Positions 34,540-47,919 of a stretch of 64,000 bases of DNA are shown here, piece by piece. Within the stretch, counting starts at the first letter, position 1; the number at the start of each line of letters is the position of its first letter. Under the pieces are notes generated by a model. It made no database searches. It had not been told where the DNA came from and saw only the letters and a program-made list of their open reading frames with translations. Made by a program: the position numbers and the translations under genes. This stretch comes from Squalus acanthias (Eukaryota), in NCBI GenBank assembly GCA_030390025.1, contig CM059431.1, positions 126,916,001-126,980,000 of the forward strand, in the 5' to 3' direction.

Positions 34540-35490
34540 TTAGTTTAAACCCTCCCCAACAGCACTAGCAAACACTCCCCCTAGGACATTGGTCCCGGCC
34601 CTGCCCAGGTGCAAACCGTCCGGTTTGTACTGGTCCCACCTCCCCCAGAACCGGTTCCAATGTCCCAGGAATTTGAATCCCTCCCCCTTGCACCATTCCT
34701 CTAGCCACGTATTCATCTGAAATATCCTTCTATTTCTACACTGACTAGCACGTGGCACTGGTAGCAATCCTGAGATTACTACCTTTGAGGTCCTATTTTT
34801 TAATTTACCTCTTAACTCCCTATATTCAGCTTTTAGGACCTCATCCCCTTTTTTACCTATATCGTTGGTAACTATATGCACCACGACAACTGGCTGTTCA
34901 CCCTCCCCTTACAAAATGTTCTGCAGCCGCTCGGAGACATCCTTGACCCTTGCACCAGGGAGGCAACACACCATCCTGGAGTCTCGTTTGCGGCCGCAGA
35001 AACGCCTATCTATTCCCCTTACAATAGAATCCCCTATCACTACAGCTGTCCCCCTCTTTTTCCTCCTGTCCTGTGCAGCAGAGCCACCCCTGGCGCCAGG
35101 AAGTTGGCTGCTGCTGCCTTCCTCTGATAAGCCATCCCCCTCAACAGTATTCAAAGTGGTATATCTGTTTGAGAGGGGGATGTCCACAGGGGACTCCTGC
35201 ACTACCTGCCTGTGCCTACTACTCTGTCTGTTGGTCACCCATTCCCTTTCTGCCTGTGCATTCTTTGCCTGCGATGTGACCAACTGCTCAAATGTGATAT
35301 CCACGACGTCCTCAGCATCGCGAATGCTCCAGTATGTATCCATTCGCAGCTCCAGCGCCACAATGCGGTCTGCCAGTAGCTGCAGCTGGATACACTTCCT
35401 GCACACATGGTTGTCAGGGGCACAGGAAGTGTCCCTGAGTTCCCAAATAGCGCAGGAGGAGCATACCACAGGGCTGAGCTCTCCTGCCAT
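34540..35490 (-). pseudogene. CR1 ORF1 (zinc finger/leucine zipper plus SGNH esterase) with one in-frame stop
   Basis: Motifs CSSC...CRKC, VIGDSIVRG, TNDIG and DGLHL. The TAA at 34909-34911 separates two in-frame ORFs. Confidence 0.9.
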
Positions 35491-35750
35491 GACTTACCCT
35501 TTAATTAATTCAAATTAAATTAAATCAAATCAATCCCACCAATTACACTGCAGTTAAATGATATACTTAGGGGCCCTGGTTTACCAACAGTCCCCACTAC
35601 ACCACAGAGAGCTTAGAAACTATAAACCACAGAGTTTAAGTTTAAAAAGAGAGAAATACTCACCAACCAATCACTTACCTGGTTTCTGGTGATGTCACAC
35701 TTCGATTACTTTTTACTTCTCTCCCTCCCTCTGAGCTCGGAGATTGATAA

Positions 35751-36057
35751 GCCTACCTGGTCTCAGCCGCCTCTTTTAAACCTCGCCACTGCCATCTCGT
35801 TTCCCGCAGGTACGCCGCCGCTCTGAGGCCTACCTGGTCTCTGCCGCCTCTTTTAAAACTCGCCGCTGCCATCTCGTTTCCCGCAGGTATGCCGCCGCTC
35901 TGAGGCCTACCTGGTCTCTGCCGCCTCTTTTAAACCTCGCCGCTGCCGTCTCGTTTCCCGCAGGTACGCCGCCGCTCTGAGGCCTACCTGGTCTCTGCCA
36001 CCTCTTTTAAACCTCGCCGCCGCCGCCTCATTTCCCGCAGGTCCGCCGCCGCTCTGA
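35751..36057 (-). repeat. 77-bp GC-rich tandem repeat x4 at the CR1 5' end
   Basis: Units start at 35751, 35828, 35905 and 35982. Confidence 0.93.
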
Positions 36058-36376
36058 ATAGATAGAGAGAAACTATTTCCTCTGGTGTGGGTGTCCAGAA
36101 TAAGGGGCACAACCTTAAAATTAGAGCGAGGCCGATCAGGGGTTATGTCAGGAAGCACTTCTTCACACAAAGTTTAGTGGACTTCTGGAACTCTCTCCCA
36201 CAATAATCTGTTGAGGCTAGGGCAATTGAAACTGTAAAAACTGAGATTGATAGATTTTTGTTTGGCAAGGTTATAGGGCCAAGGTGGGTAAATGCAGTTA
36301 AGATACAGATCAGCCATGATCTAATTGAACAGTGGAACAGGCTCAAGGGGCAGAATTGCTTGCTCCTGTTCCTATG

Positions 36377-37051
36377 CATTTCACTATACTGGAAAGACCG
36401 ATCCTGGGCCTCTGCACTATGAAATGCGCAGAGGCCCATGTATCCCAGGGGCGCATGTGGTTTGCAAGCATCCCTGGGATCACGTGGGCCATGGGGAACC
36501 AATCAAAGAAAGGAATTTCCCTTCACACTTTTGACAGGTCTCTACGCGCAGAACTGTCAAAAGTATGAATGGGGATCACTTGAAAAACACAGTTAAACAT
36601 GAAATACATTTTTAAAAATCACATATTTAAAATTAATTAAAATGACTTTAAATTAAATATTTAAAAAACAAAATAATTTTTTGAAAACAATAATTCAAGT
36701 TTATTACGGGGTTAAAAATAAACTTACCTTTCAAATTATAAATCAGTGAAAAAAAAATATTTTTATTTTTTAAAACTCTTATGCTGGTAAAAGCAGGCCT
36801 TACGCAGGCTTTTACCAGGAGTTAGATTTTTAAAGGTTGTCAGTGGGCGGAGGTTGTGCAGAAAGCGGAACTCCCTGCCCACGGAGGCCCTTCTCCCAGG
36901 CATGCGTGCGATCTGTCAAGAGGATTCTTGACAGATCGCAAGTGTCGGGTTTTAGCTCATGCGCTTCGCATGCCTAAACCCGACACTTGCACGGCCCCTA
37001 TGGGTGCGTACACACCTCGTATGCGCCCGTGGGGGTCAGAAAATCCGGCCC
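36377..37051. mobile_element. Harbinger-type MITE, left end missing
   Basis: Colinear with 45760-46418. Right TIR AAAATCCGGCCC. Confidence 0.75.
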
Positions 37052-37605
37052 AATATTTATCCTCAGCTCACTGACAAAGCATGTCAGCAGCTGCAACTAT
37101 GCAAAACACATATTTTGAGTGTTTTAATTGACAAGCCTGTCTCTTTGTTTCATTAGTTGCTGTTTGTTATTAATATGTTGGGTTCCGTGATGATGTCATT
37201 TTCCTCTGCTACTTGGTTCTCATGATCTGAGATGTGCTCTGTTGAGGCCAGTTCCTTGTTTTGCATCGGTGAATGTCAAGGAAGATTATACTGTTTATGA
37301 ACACTGATGATCCATAGCATGTATGAATGTAAAAGAAAAATTTGTGATGAGGGATAACTGTTCCTGTTATCGTTACGCTGCGAATGACCCCTACCACTGT
37401 ATATGATGATTTGATGTCTATAATGAAATAATAAAATCCTTGCTTGCCCATAATTCTTCTCACTACTTGTAAAACAGGCCAAACTAATTAAATTCAAGTC
37501 AATTAGGATATTTTGCAACAGGAAATTGTGTAAGAAAATCAGTGCAAAACAGCGACAATATGATCAAAAGCCCATATGTACAGCCCATTGAATACATTGT
37601 TTTAC

Positions 37606-39303
37606 ATCATAGAATCATAGAAATTTACAGCACAGAAGGTGGCCATTCGGCCCATCTTGTCCATGATGGCCAACAAAGAGCTATCCACCCTAATCCCACT
37701 TTCCAGCTCTTGGTTCGTATCCTTGTAGGTTATGGCACATCAAGTGCATATCCAAGTACTTTTTAAATGTGAAGAGGGTTTCTTGCCTCTACCACCCTTT
37801 CAGGCAGCGAGTTCCAGATCCCCACCACCCTCTGGGTGAAAACATTTCTCCTCAAATCCCCTCTAACCCTCCTACCAATTACTTTAAATCTATGCCCCCT
37901 GGTTATCGACCCCTCTGCTAAGGGAAATAGGTCCTTCCTATCTACTCTATCTAGGCCCCTCATAATTTTATACACCTCAATTAGGTCTCCCCTCAGCATC
38001 CTCCGTTCCAAAGAAGACAACCCCAACCTATCCAATCATTCCTCATAGCTAAAATTCCCCAGCCCAGGCAACATCCTTGTAAATCTCCTCTGCACCCCCT
38101 CTAGTGCAATCACATCCTTCCTGTAATGTGGTGACCAGAACTGCAGGCAGTATTCTAGCTGCGGCCTAACTAGTGTTTTATACAGTTCAAGCATAACCTC
38201 CCTGCTCTTATATTCTATGCCTCAGCTAATAATGGGAAGTATCCCGTATGCCTTCTTAACCACCTTATCTACCTGTCCTGCTACCTTCAGGGATCTGTGG
38301 ACATGCACTCCAAAGTCCCTCTGATCATCTGCACTTCCCAGTGTCCTACCATTTATAGTGTATTCCCTTGCCTTGTTAGCCCTCCCCAAATGCATTACCT
38401 CACACTTCTCCAGATTGAATTCCATTTGACACTGTTCTGCCCACCTGACGAGTCCATTGATATTTTCCTGCAGTCAGCTGCTTTCTTCTTCATTATCAAC
38501 CACACGGCCAATTTTTGTATCATCTGCAAACTTCTTAATCATACTTCCTACTTTCAAGTCCAAATCATTGATATATACCACAAAAAGCAAAGGAACCAGT
38601 ACTGAGCCCTGCGGAACCCCACTGGAAACAGCCTTCCAGCCACAAAAACACCCTTAGACCATTACCCTTTGCTTCCTGCCGCTGAGCCTGTTTCGGATCC
38701 AACTTTGCCTTGGATCCCATGGGCTTTTACTTTCATGACCAGTCTGCCATGCGGGACCTTATCAAAGCCTTGCTAAAATCCATGTCGACTGCATCAAATG
38801 CACTACCCTCATCGACCCTCCTTGTTACCTCCTCAAAAAATTCAATCAAGTTAGTCAGACACGACCTTCCCTTAACAAATCCATGCTGACTGTCCCTGAT
38901 TAAGCTGTGTCTTTCTAAATGAAAATTTATCCTGCCCCTCAGAATTTTTTCCAATAATTTTCCCACCACTGAGGTTAAGCTGACTGGCCTGTAATTGTAA
39001 GGTCTATCCCTTTCTCCCTTTTTAAACAACGGTACCACATTAGCAGTCCTCCAGTCTACCAGCACCACACCTGTAGCCAGTGAGGATTGGAAAATGATGG
39101 CCAGAGCCTCTGTTATTTCCTCTCTTACTTCTCTTAACAGTCTGGGATACATTTCATCCAGGCCTGGGGATTTATCCACTTTCAAAGATGCTAAACCCCT
39201 TAATACTTCCTCTTTCACTATGCTTATTTCATCTAATATTTCACACACCTCCCTGATTGCAATTTCTGCATCGACCCTCTCTTTTGTGAAAACAGACGCA
39301 AAC
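37606..39303 (-). mobile_element. 5'-truncated CR1 LINE (RT to 3' tail), frameshifted
   Basis: ORF fragments 38733..39365, 38222..38425 and 37763..38035; (ATTCTATG)n tail. Confidence 0.92.
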
Positions 39304-41337
39304 TCATGGTTTACTGCTTCTGTGTAACCGTGATTTAAAACAATAACAAATTTTGTCATGAGCAAACTGCTTCTGTTCAGATTGTGGGGGTAATTTTATC
39401 CTGACCTGCCCTAGTCGGAAACCAACGGGTTCGGATTGGCCGCCCATTATCATTGGGAAAGTAAAACTGGGTGGAGTGTAATATGGGTGGCTGATCCGAG
39501 CCTGTCAGTCTCCTGCAGGGTGGGTTAGGTTAAGTTAATAGAATCATAGAATCATACAGCACAGAAAGAGGACATTTGGCCCATCACGCCTGTGCCAGCT
39601 CTTTGAAAGAACTGTCCAATTAGTTCCATTCCCCTGCTCTTTCCCTGTAACCCTGAAAATTTTTCCTTTCCAAGTATTTATCCGATTCCCTTTTGAAAGT
39701 TACTATTGAATCTGCTTCAACCACAGGTATTCCAGAACATAACAACGCGCAGCATAAAAAAAAATTCTCCTCATCTCCCCTATTTTGCTGTTTTTTTTTA
39801 AAAGCAAGACTTTAGAAATACACAGAGATGGTGAGCTGGACTGTTGCATTTGAAGGAGTGATTGTGACAATTACAAAAAGTGATTTGTTTCCCTTTAAGC
39901 AAAAAAGAAACCAGACATTAAAAGTTACTGATCTCGGTGCTACACTTTCCAAATTGACAGCTTGGTTGTGTGCAATTGTAATTATTACTTTGTATTCAAA
40001 AAATCTTTCTGGAAAATGATAATATCCCACTGTTTAAGAATATTAAAAATAGTGAAGTAAGAGAGGGGCTTGCCACTTAAATTACCAAACTATGAAATTC
40101 CTGCCCGGTGCAGAGAACAAAATGATCACCTTGGGTTTCATTGTTCCTGACAGAGTTTACAAGGTACTTTATAATTTTATTTGAATGCAGGTGCAGTTCT
40201 AGCTGTAGTACAATAATGAATAAGTTTGGTGCAAGCACAATTTACTGCAAGGGGTAGCATGATTCTCACAAAAAAAGTCACATCATTGTCCCTTGATTTA
40301 TCACCTTTGATAGCACACAGAGAATATTAAACCTAAATTTCCATCAGACATGGTTGAAGCATGATTCGGATTTTTGTTCCTGTAATATAAAAAATCTTAC
40401 GTTATGAAAAATTAAACATTGCCTTCAGATTATTTTGTTGGTTATAGTAGGGAGAGAGGAAGTGACTATATGTATATCCAGAGTAGTAGTATGCTGCATC
40501 CATATAATTAGCATTGGTGCTCTACTATACAATATTATTCGTAATAATTAACAGGGCTATCTCATTTAAAAACTAAGTACAATCATTTTTCTTTAGCGTA
40601 GCTGCCTTTGTAAGTGACAGCTTTCACCATACATGACAGAGGGAGGGGGAGGCAAGCTCAAAACAACACATTTGACATTAATATTTGTTGAGGCATGGTT
40701 ATTAAGTTATTTTCCAAAAACAGGCAAATTTAGTGGTAAATATTTACCAGCAGAGGATTAAAAAAATAAACCAATTATTACATCGACTGAATGATAGCAC
40801 AGAATGAGGGTCTTCAACCCATTGGGCTCAAATTTCATTGGGCCATTGAGGTGGCATTGAAGGCGTATGGGTGAAATTGCAAAAACTGGCGGCGGACCCA
40901 ACCCCGCCTCCAAGCAATTTTCATTAAATCGTGTCTGCTGGTCCCGTCTCTGTCCGGCCTCCAAGAGGCAGGATAGGCTGTTAAGGCCCTTAACAAGCAC
41001 TAAATTGCCTCTATAATGCCATTTTGATAGGCCTTCGTGATTTTAACCCTTTTCCCACATGAAGCACGCCTGTTCTGAAACACGACGGTGAAACCTGGCG
41101 GTAGCACAATTGGATTACTGACTATCAGCTGCAGCTCAACCATTAAATAGGAGATTTAATCAGCCATCATTTGCAGGTGGCAGGACTTTGCTATCTCAGG
41201 TCTGGGGGAACTTCTAGAAGGCATAACCACAGCTGTGGAAGTTTGGAGCCTGACACCCATCTCCAGTGTGACCTCCTGGGAAACCCCTCTTGCCACCTTG
41301 ACTGAGCGCTTCCTCAACTGAGGCATATACCAGAAGC

Positions 41338-42573
41338 ATGGGAGCCATTTATTTCCTTCCCTTCTGGACATCAGATAAGGATGAAGACCAGCCGCGGCAC
41401 CAGCAGAACTATGAACAACAGCAGCACCAACAGCAGCAGCACCAACAGCAGCAGCAACAACAGGAGCGCCAAGCTGCTGCTCACCCACCTGAAGCTGCAC
41501 AGGCCAGAAGGGGCCAGCGCATGGAAGCCCATCGGCACAGGAGATACCCCCCAAACAGGGTCTACCGACACAGGGTCAGCTACCTCAACATGTCTGAGCA
41601 GCAGCGCCAAAGGCGGCTCCGACTTTCGCGAGAGGTAGTGGGTGACATCTGCGCAATGCTGCAACAAGACCTGGAGCCCAGAGGACCAGGTGGACAACCC
41701 TTACCAGTGGCTGTCAAAGTCACCACCGCACTCAACTTTTTTGCCTCAGGCTCATTCCAGGGATCAGCAGCAGACATCAGCGGCATCTCCCAGGCGGCCG
41801 CACACACTTGCATCACACAGGTAACCGATGCCCTCTTTGCCATCGTGCACAATCACATTCATTTCACCAAGGATCAAGCAAGTGTCACGGCACGTTCGGT
41901 TGGATTAGCTAATCTGGCAGGATTTCCAAGGTTGCAGGGCGTCGTTGACTGCACACATGTGGCCCTTAAGGCACCCCATCGCAATCCAGGTATTTTTGTC
42001 AACCACAAGGGCTTCCACTCCCTTAACGTTCAGCTGGTGTGTGACCACAAGAAGGAAATTTTGCATGTTTGTGCCAAGTACCCTGGCAGTTGCCATGACT
42101 CCTTCATACTGCGCCAGTCTAGTGTGCCTCCGCTATTCAGTCCGCCAGACCAACTTAACGGATGGCTACTTGGAGACAAGGGCTATCCCCTGAAGAGATG
42201 GCTAATGACGCCGTTGAGGAGCCCATCCAACGAAGCTGAGGAGAGCTACAACTCCAGCCACATGTCCACCAGAGCCATAATCGAGCAAACCATTGGTTTG
42301 CTGAAGATGCGCTTCAGATGCCTGGATAGATCAGGTGGAGCCAGGGTCTCCAGAATCGTCGTGGTTTGCACTTCACAACATGGCACAGCGTCGTGGCTTG
42401 CAGATTCCTTAGGACCAAGTGGCTCGTCACATATCCTCCTCAGATGAGGAGGAGGAGGAGTAGAGAGCGAAAATGAACATCTTGCAGAGACCCATCAACC
42501 AGCGGCAGCAGTACGTGAGAACATTGCTGCCCGGGATGCAAGGAACGCACTCATCTTGGCCAGATTTGCTTAG
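41338..42573 (+). pseudogene. Harbinger transposase with polyQ N-terminus and damaged C-terminus
   Basis: [15 protein letters not shown] and IEQTIG are intact. LQYSP is deleted and there is a frameshift before the LHN motif (~42350-42375). Confidence 0.9.
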
Positions 42574-42830
42574 CCTAGCCAATCAAGCACTTTTGCCTCG
42601 CTGCTTCTTACCTGAGCATCGACAATGGCCAAGAACCAGCGGATTCCTAGCAATTTGAACACCATACTGACAATTGCAAGTAATCCTAACCCCTCAATGT
42701 GGAAGTCCCATTCGCGAAATGACACACGCCAAAACTGCAGCAGTAGCCATCAGATTTTTTATTTACAGTAATCATCTGATGGCTATTTAACATAAAACAT
42801 CAAAATTCAACCAAGTGACTACCCTTGTGA

Positions 42831-44814
42831 CTATTTGTGCACTATCTTTCTCTTACGCGTGCTCCTACGTGGTGCTTCCCCTGTGGCTTCAGCAGATGTG
42901 GAGGCCCCTTGCTCACTTTCTTGCTGCTCCTGTCTCGACACCTTTGGTGGGCGTCCTCTGGGGCTGCGAACCTGTGAGGGCTCGGCAACAGTCTGCTGCT
43001 CCTGCGGCTGTGCAGGGGTTGAGACGCCGATCTCATTTGGGTGCGGACTCTGGTGGGGCTTTGACTGAGGACTTGTCAGTGGCATGGAAGTGTGAGCGCT
43101 AAGAGAGGAGCCCCCACTTCCTTGTTCTCTGCAAACAACATCCCTCTCATGGGTCAGGTCCACCTCAGCGCTTGCAAGTGGATTGAGAGCACCTTGCTGC
43201 ACATCAGGGGGGCCATGGGGACCCGTATCTGCACTGGAAGTCCTACTCAGAAGGACTTCCATGAAGATCTGGTTTCTGTGTTCAATAGATGACCATCGCT
43301 CCTCCAGAGATGTCATTCTATTCTGAACACTCACCATGTTTTCTGCACTCTGGCGACATATCTCCTCCATGGCCGCAGCCATCCTCTCGTCTACTGTAGC
43401 CATCCTTTCGACGGAGGTTGCCATCACTTGCACGGAGGTTGCCATCCTTTCCGTGGTGATGCGTTCATGCACCAATGACTCCACAAAGGCTCTGTTCATG
43501 TTCGCGATGGACTCCTCCATTCGCTCCACACTCGCAGCGACCCTGGAGACAAAACCTGCCAGAGACTCCTGCATCTGTTCCTGGAGTTCCAGCACCGCTG
43601 ATCTTCTGGATGGACCTAGAGGCAGAGGGTCGACATGCAGCTGAGCCGAGCTGGGAGAATCCTGCGCCCTCCGACTAGGACTCTCCACTGCTGTCCCTGT
43701 CTCCACTATCTGCTGATGCTCACTTGTGAGCTGTGATACACCAGGTGACAACACTACTCTATCTCGCGATGTTCCCTCCGAGATGTGAGTGTCTGCGCTG
43801 GTGCTGGGTGCGCTGAATTCTGCTGACACTGCGCCCTCAGAGGTTGCAGCTTCCTCTGAGGCATCTTGAGGCTCATGCTCTTCCTCCTGGATAGTGGGGA
43901 CAGCTGCTCGCGATGGTCCTTGGGGGGAGTAAAGGAAAGCGTCAGAGATGTGTGGCCAAGGTTACATGCACATTGCATATTGCAGATGATCATAAGTCCA
44001 TCTGTTAGAGCTTCAGAATCATTATCAGCGACTCATGCAATGTCATTGAGAGAGATGGAAAACTATTCTGTCACCAGCTTGCTGTGATGCGCCCATCTGT
44101 CCATCCCCCACTTGGGAATCTTCCTCTACTCCCACCATCTCGAGGGCCGCCTCCTCCCAGGTGGTGAGCTGGGCTACTGAGGGTGGCCCTCCACCTGTCC
44201 TCACTCTTTCCCTCTTATTGTGAGCTCTCTTTTCCTGCAGTGAGGGAGACAAGTGGAGTTTGAGTGAGAATGAAGGAGTGTGTGTAGAGAATCCATAACA
44301 TAGATGCTTAGAAGGAGACAAAGATGCAGTGAGGTGTCAAGACCAAGGGCCCTCCCTGTGTGTTGTAAGTTGTAATTGCATCACAGTGATAGGGATTGTG
44401 AGGGCTGCATAGTCGAATAGTTAGGTGAATGTGACCATAGAGAGAGAGGGAATGGCTAAGGGTGCGTGGATGTCAGTGTCAAGTGGGATGTGGAGGATGA
44501 GATTTCTAAAGCTGAGTGCTGGTGAGGAGAGGCAATGGGGATCAGATTGAGGGTGATGGGAAATTCATACTCACTTTTCCAGTGCGCAGAAGGTCATGAA
44601 GCCTCTTCCTGCACTGAAGCCAGGTTCTGCGGGTTATTGACAAAGAGTTGACCTCCTCTGCCACCTGTATCCACATAGCGTTGGTTTGCTGGGGAGGCTT
44701 CTTCCTCCCTGAAGAAGGGAAGAGCACCTCTTTGTTTGCTCTTGCTCCCTCTACTAAAGCCTGTAGGGCAACGTCATCAAATCGAGGTGCAGACCTAGGT
44801 CTCTGGCTGGCCAT
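42831..44814 (-). CDS. Harbinger Myb/SANT-like protein, 3 exons (44814-44575, 44234-44075, 43918-42831), 495 aa
   Basis: APRFDDVALQALV...W..VA...RTWLQCRKRLHDL. GT-AG introns in phases 0 and 1 give one open frame; coiled-coil ERMATSV heptads. Confidence 0.85.
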
Positions 44815-45624
44815 TCTTCTTGCAGGTGCCTCTAACATGCAAGAGCAAAAGCTTAGCAGTCTGCAGAGGAAGCAAGGCTTGTTGCAGACCTTAAATTCAG
44901 CAGCAATGATGATGTCATCGGAGGCAACTTTCAGACTGGAAAAACGCACTGGCCATGGGTTCCCACACGTTGGAACTCAATTGGCCAATTAGGTTAAAAT
45001 GGCATCATTCTCCCACATCGATTTAGAAACGGGTGGCTAACACGAAATGTGGATTACACGACCCTAGCCCGCCCCAGTATCAAAATCCAGCCCATTGTGT
45101 CTGAGCCGGCTCTTTGAAAGAGCTATCCAATTAGTCCAACTCCCCACTCATTCCCCATAGCCCTGCAAAATTCTCCTTTTCAAATCACATGCACTCAGCA
45201 TATTATACATCTTGTTCCTTTTCCTTCCCCTACTAGGCTATCAGCGCAGCTCCAACTGTCTACCCATGCTGTTGAACACATGTTGTACTTGTGCGATTAC
45301 TCTTTCCCTTTAAGAGCTTTATGAACTCCTTTCACAGCTCCCATGCAAGGTCTGTATTGTACAAGATAATTGCACTATTCATACAAGTTGAAAGCACAGG
45401 ATTTGGCTTGAGGAACCCTTAATTGGCTTTTCATAAGCCATTAATAATCGAAAGAGTAACACTGCCATCTTTCAGAAGAAAGGAATTTCAGGAGAAGACA
45501 GTTATGATTCATTGGAGCCAATCCATTAAAATTATCCAGCATTTACGCTAGCTTTATTTAGATGATAAGTATTATAAATTGAAGAATTTTACCCCGTCCT
45601 GTAAAATGTTCACAATATTTACAA

Positions 45625-46418
45625 GCCTGGATATATAACCAAAACAATTGCACAAAATTTGCGGTCGGAGGCTTCCCGCGGGCGGATTCCTCCGACCTGT
45701 AAAAAATCTATGAATTTACCTGGTGGTCCAGGAGGTACGGAGACTCGTGGTCCTGGGCCTCTCCGGGTACCCACGGGTAGAGGCCCACGTATCCCAGGGA
45801 CGCAGGTGGTTCGTAGGCGCCCCTGGGATCACGTGGGCCGGACCAACAAATAAAAGAAGGGAATCCCCATTCATACTTATGGGAGCTCCGCACGTATGGA
45901 ATCCCCATAAGTATGAATGGGGATCACTTAAAAAATACACAAACACATGAAATATATATTTTTTTAATTATATATTTAAAATTAATTAAAATGCCATTTA
46001 ATTAAATATTTTAAACAAAAATTTAATTTTTTGAAAATAAAATGTATATGTTTTAACGGTGCTAAAAATAAACCTACCTTATTGGACAGAATTTATAATG
46101 CATAACTGAGTTATAAAATTTTATTTTTCTATTTTTTAAAGCTCTTATGCTGTTAAAAGGAGGCCTTACGCCTGCTTTTACCAGGCGTAAGAATTTCACG
46201 GACATTCAGCGGGCAGAAGTTGGGCAAATAGCGCAACTCTCCGCCCGCGGAGGCCCTTCTCCCGGGGATGTGGAGTATCTGTCAAGAGAATTCTTGACAG
46301 ATCGCAAGTTCCGGGTTTTCGCTCATGCGCTTTGCATACCTAAACCCGGAACTTGCGTGGCCCTTACCGGGCGCGTGCGCACCTCGTACACACCGATAGG
46401 GGTCGCAAAATACAGCCC
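45625..46418. mobile_element. Harbinger-type MITE
   Basis: Right TIR AAAATACAGCCC, degenerate left end, AT-rich core. Related to 36377-37051 and, inverted, to 5197-5959. Confidence 0.72.
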
Positions 46419-46499
46419 ATTATTATCAAGCAGTCTCTGCATCTTTAGCCAGTTTGTTCTGGTTATTTACTCAGGTTAATATGTGCAATCCAAAAGCAG

Positions 46500-47490
46500 T
46501 TAGATACACGGGACACAACCAACAGAGTACCCTACGTCGTCCAGTACTTCCCCGGAGCGGAAAAACTACGCCATGTTCTTCGCAGCCTTCAACATGTCAT
46601 CAATGACGACGAACACCTTGCTAAGGCCATCCCCACGCCTCCACTACTCGCCTTCAAGCAGCCGCCTAACCTCAAAAGTACCATCGTTCGCAGCAGATTA
46701 CCCATCTTTCAGGAGAACAGCAATCAAGACACCACACAACCCTGCCACGGCAACCTCTGCAAGACATGCCAAATCATGGACACAGATACCATCATCACAC
46801 GTGAGGACGCTACCCACCAGGTACACGGTACATACTCATGTGACTCGGCCAACGTTGTCTACCTGATACGTTGCAGTAAAGGATGCTCCAGAGCATGGTA
46901 CATCGGCGAGACCATGCAGACACTGAGACAACGTATGAACGGACACCGCACAACAATCGCCAGGCAGGAGGGTTGCCTCCCAGTCGGGGAACACTTCAGC
47001 AGCCAGGGGCATTCAGCCTCGGATCTGCGGGTAAGCGTTCTCCAAGGCGGCCTTCGGGATACACGACAGCGCAAAATCATAGAGCAGAAACTGATAGCCA
47101 AGTTCCGCACTCATGAGGATGGCCTCAATCGCGATATCGGGTTCATGTCACGATACAGAACGTGACTTGACATCATGGCCGGTCTTCCCAGGTGTTTTTT
47201 TTTAAAAAAGACTAACACAAGAACCAACACAAATTGACAGGATATGCAGCCAGCAGGTGGTTTGACACGTTGGACCCCCTGGGACACATCTCATTGTCTT
47301 GGCTGTGCTCTTAGTGTGTCTTTGATGTAGGGAAAGATTTGAATAGATTTTGTCTGTGTTTAAATTGTGAATTCTGGGAGATTCTCTCACTGCTAACTTA
47401 CCTGAGGAAGGAGTGAACCGCTCCGAAAGCTTGTAAAATTAAATAAATCTGTTGGACTATAACCTGGTGTTGTGCGACTTCTCATTTTTG
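46500..47490 (+). mobile_element. 5'-truncated Penelope-like retroelement (GIY-YIG endonuclease plus 3' repeat)
   Basis: ORF 46776..47165 with CDSANVVYLIRC...WYIGET...LRQRMNGHR and GLN. Confidence 0.92.
47398..47436 (+). ncRNA. Minimal type I hammerhead ribozyme motif
   Basis: TTAC-CTGAGGA-A-GGAG(tgaaccg)CTCC-GAAA-GC-TT-GTAA: catalytic core boxes, 4-bp stem II, palindromic AAGCTT stem III and TTAC/GTAA stem I. Confidence 0.7.
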
Positions 47491-47919
47491 TATAAAGCAG
47501 ACACCAATACAATGGCTGAACTGTGCCAAATTCTCACTCTTGATTTGAAGGGTCTAACTGACTTAAACTGCTGTGCCTGTGGCTCTTAAAGTCACAGCAA
47601 CCATAACTGTCTTTGCTACACATTTCATTCTGGCTTCAGGGTATGAAGTCCTTTCATTAACAAAAGAGATTAGAAGAAAACCCAATGAACCACCATGCTT
47701 TCTGTCTATTATGTGTCATGACAGCCAGTTCTCTAACCTGAAAACAAAAGTCCTGTCTATCATAATCACCATTAGCATCATATTGATCTGAATAAACTAC
47801 AGTTACAACTAATCTGCCTGAAACCAGAATGAGTGGTAGTCCTCACCTCTGTCATACCGTCCCTTTAATTATGACTATGATCTTTTATTTCTGATAATAG
47901 AATTGCAGACAATAAAAAT

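Larger units (their letters stand above)
31318..36057 (-). mobile_element. Near full-length CR1 LINE (defective)
   Basis: 5' monomer repeats, ORF1, ORF2 (EN plus RT), 3' hairpin and (TTTCTATG)n tail at ~31318-31341. Confidence 0.95.
31030..36376 (+). mobile_element. Old CR1 3' fragment (31030-31317 plus 36058-36376) split by the full-length CR1
   Basis: ...AAGATGATTAAAGGATTTG resumes as ATAGATAGAGAGAAACTATTTCCTCTGG and runs to a CR1 3' UTR. Confidence 0.75.
40824..45093. mobile_element. Harb-2a: second Harbinger family, 4270 bp
   Basis: TIRs GGGCTCAAATTT / AAAATCCAGCCC and TSD ATT (40821-40823 and 45094-45096). Inserted in a CR1 3' tail. Confidence 0.93.
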
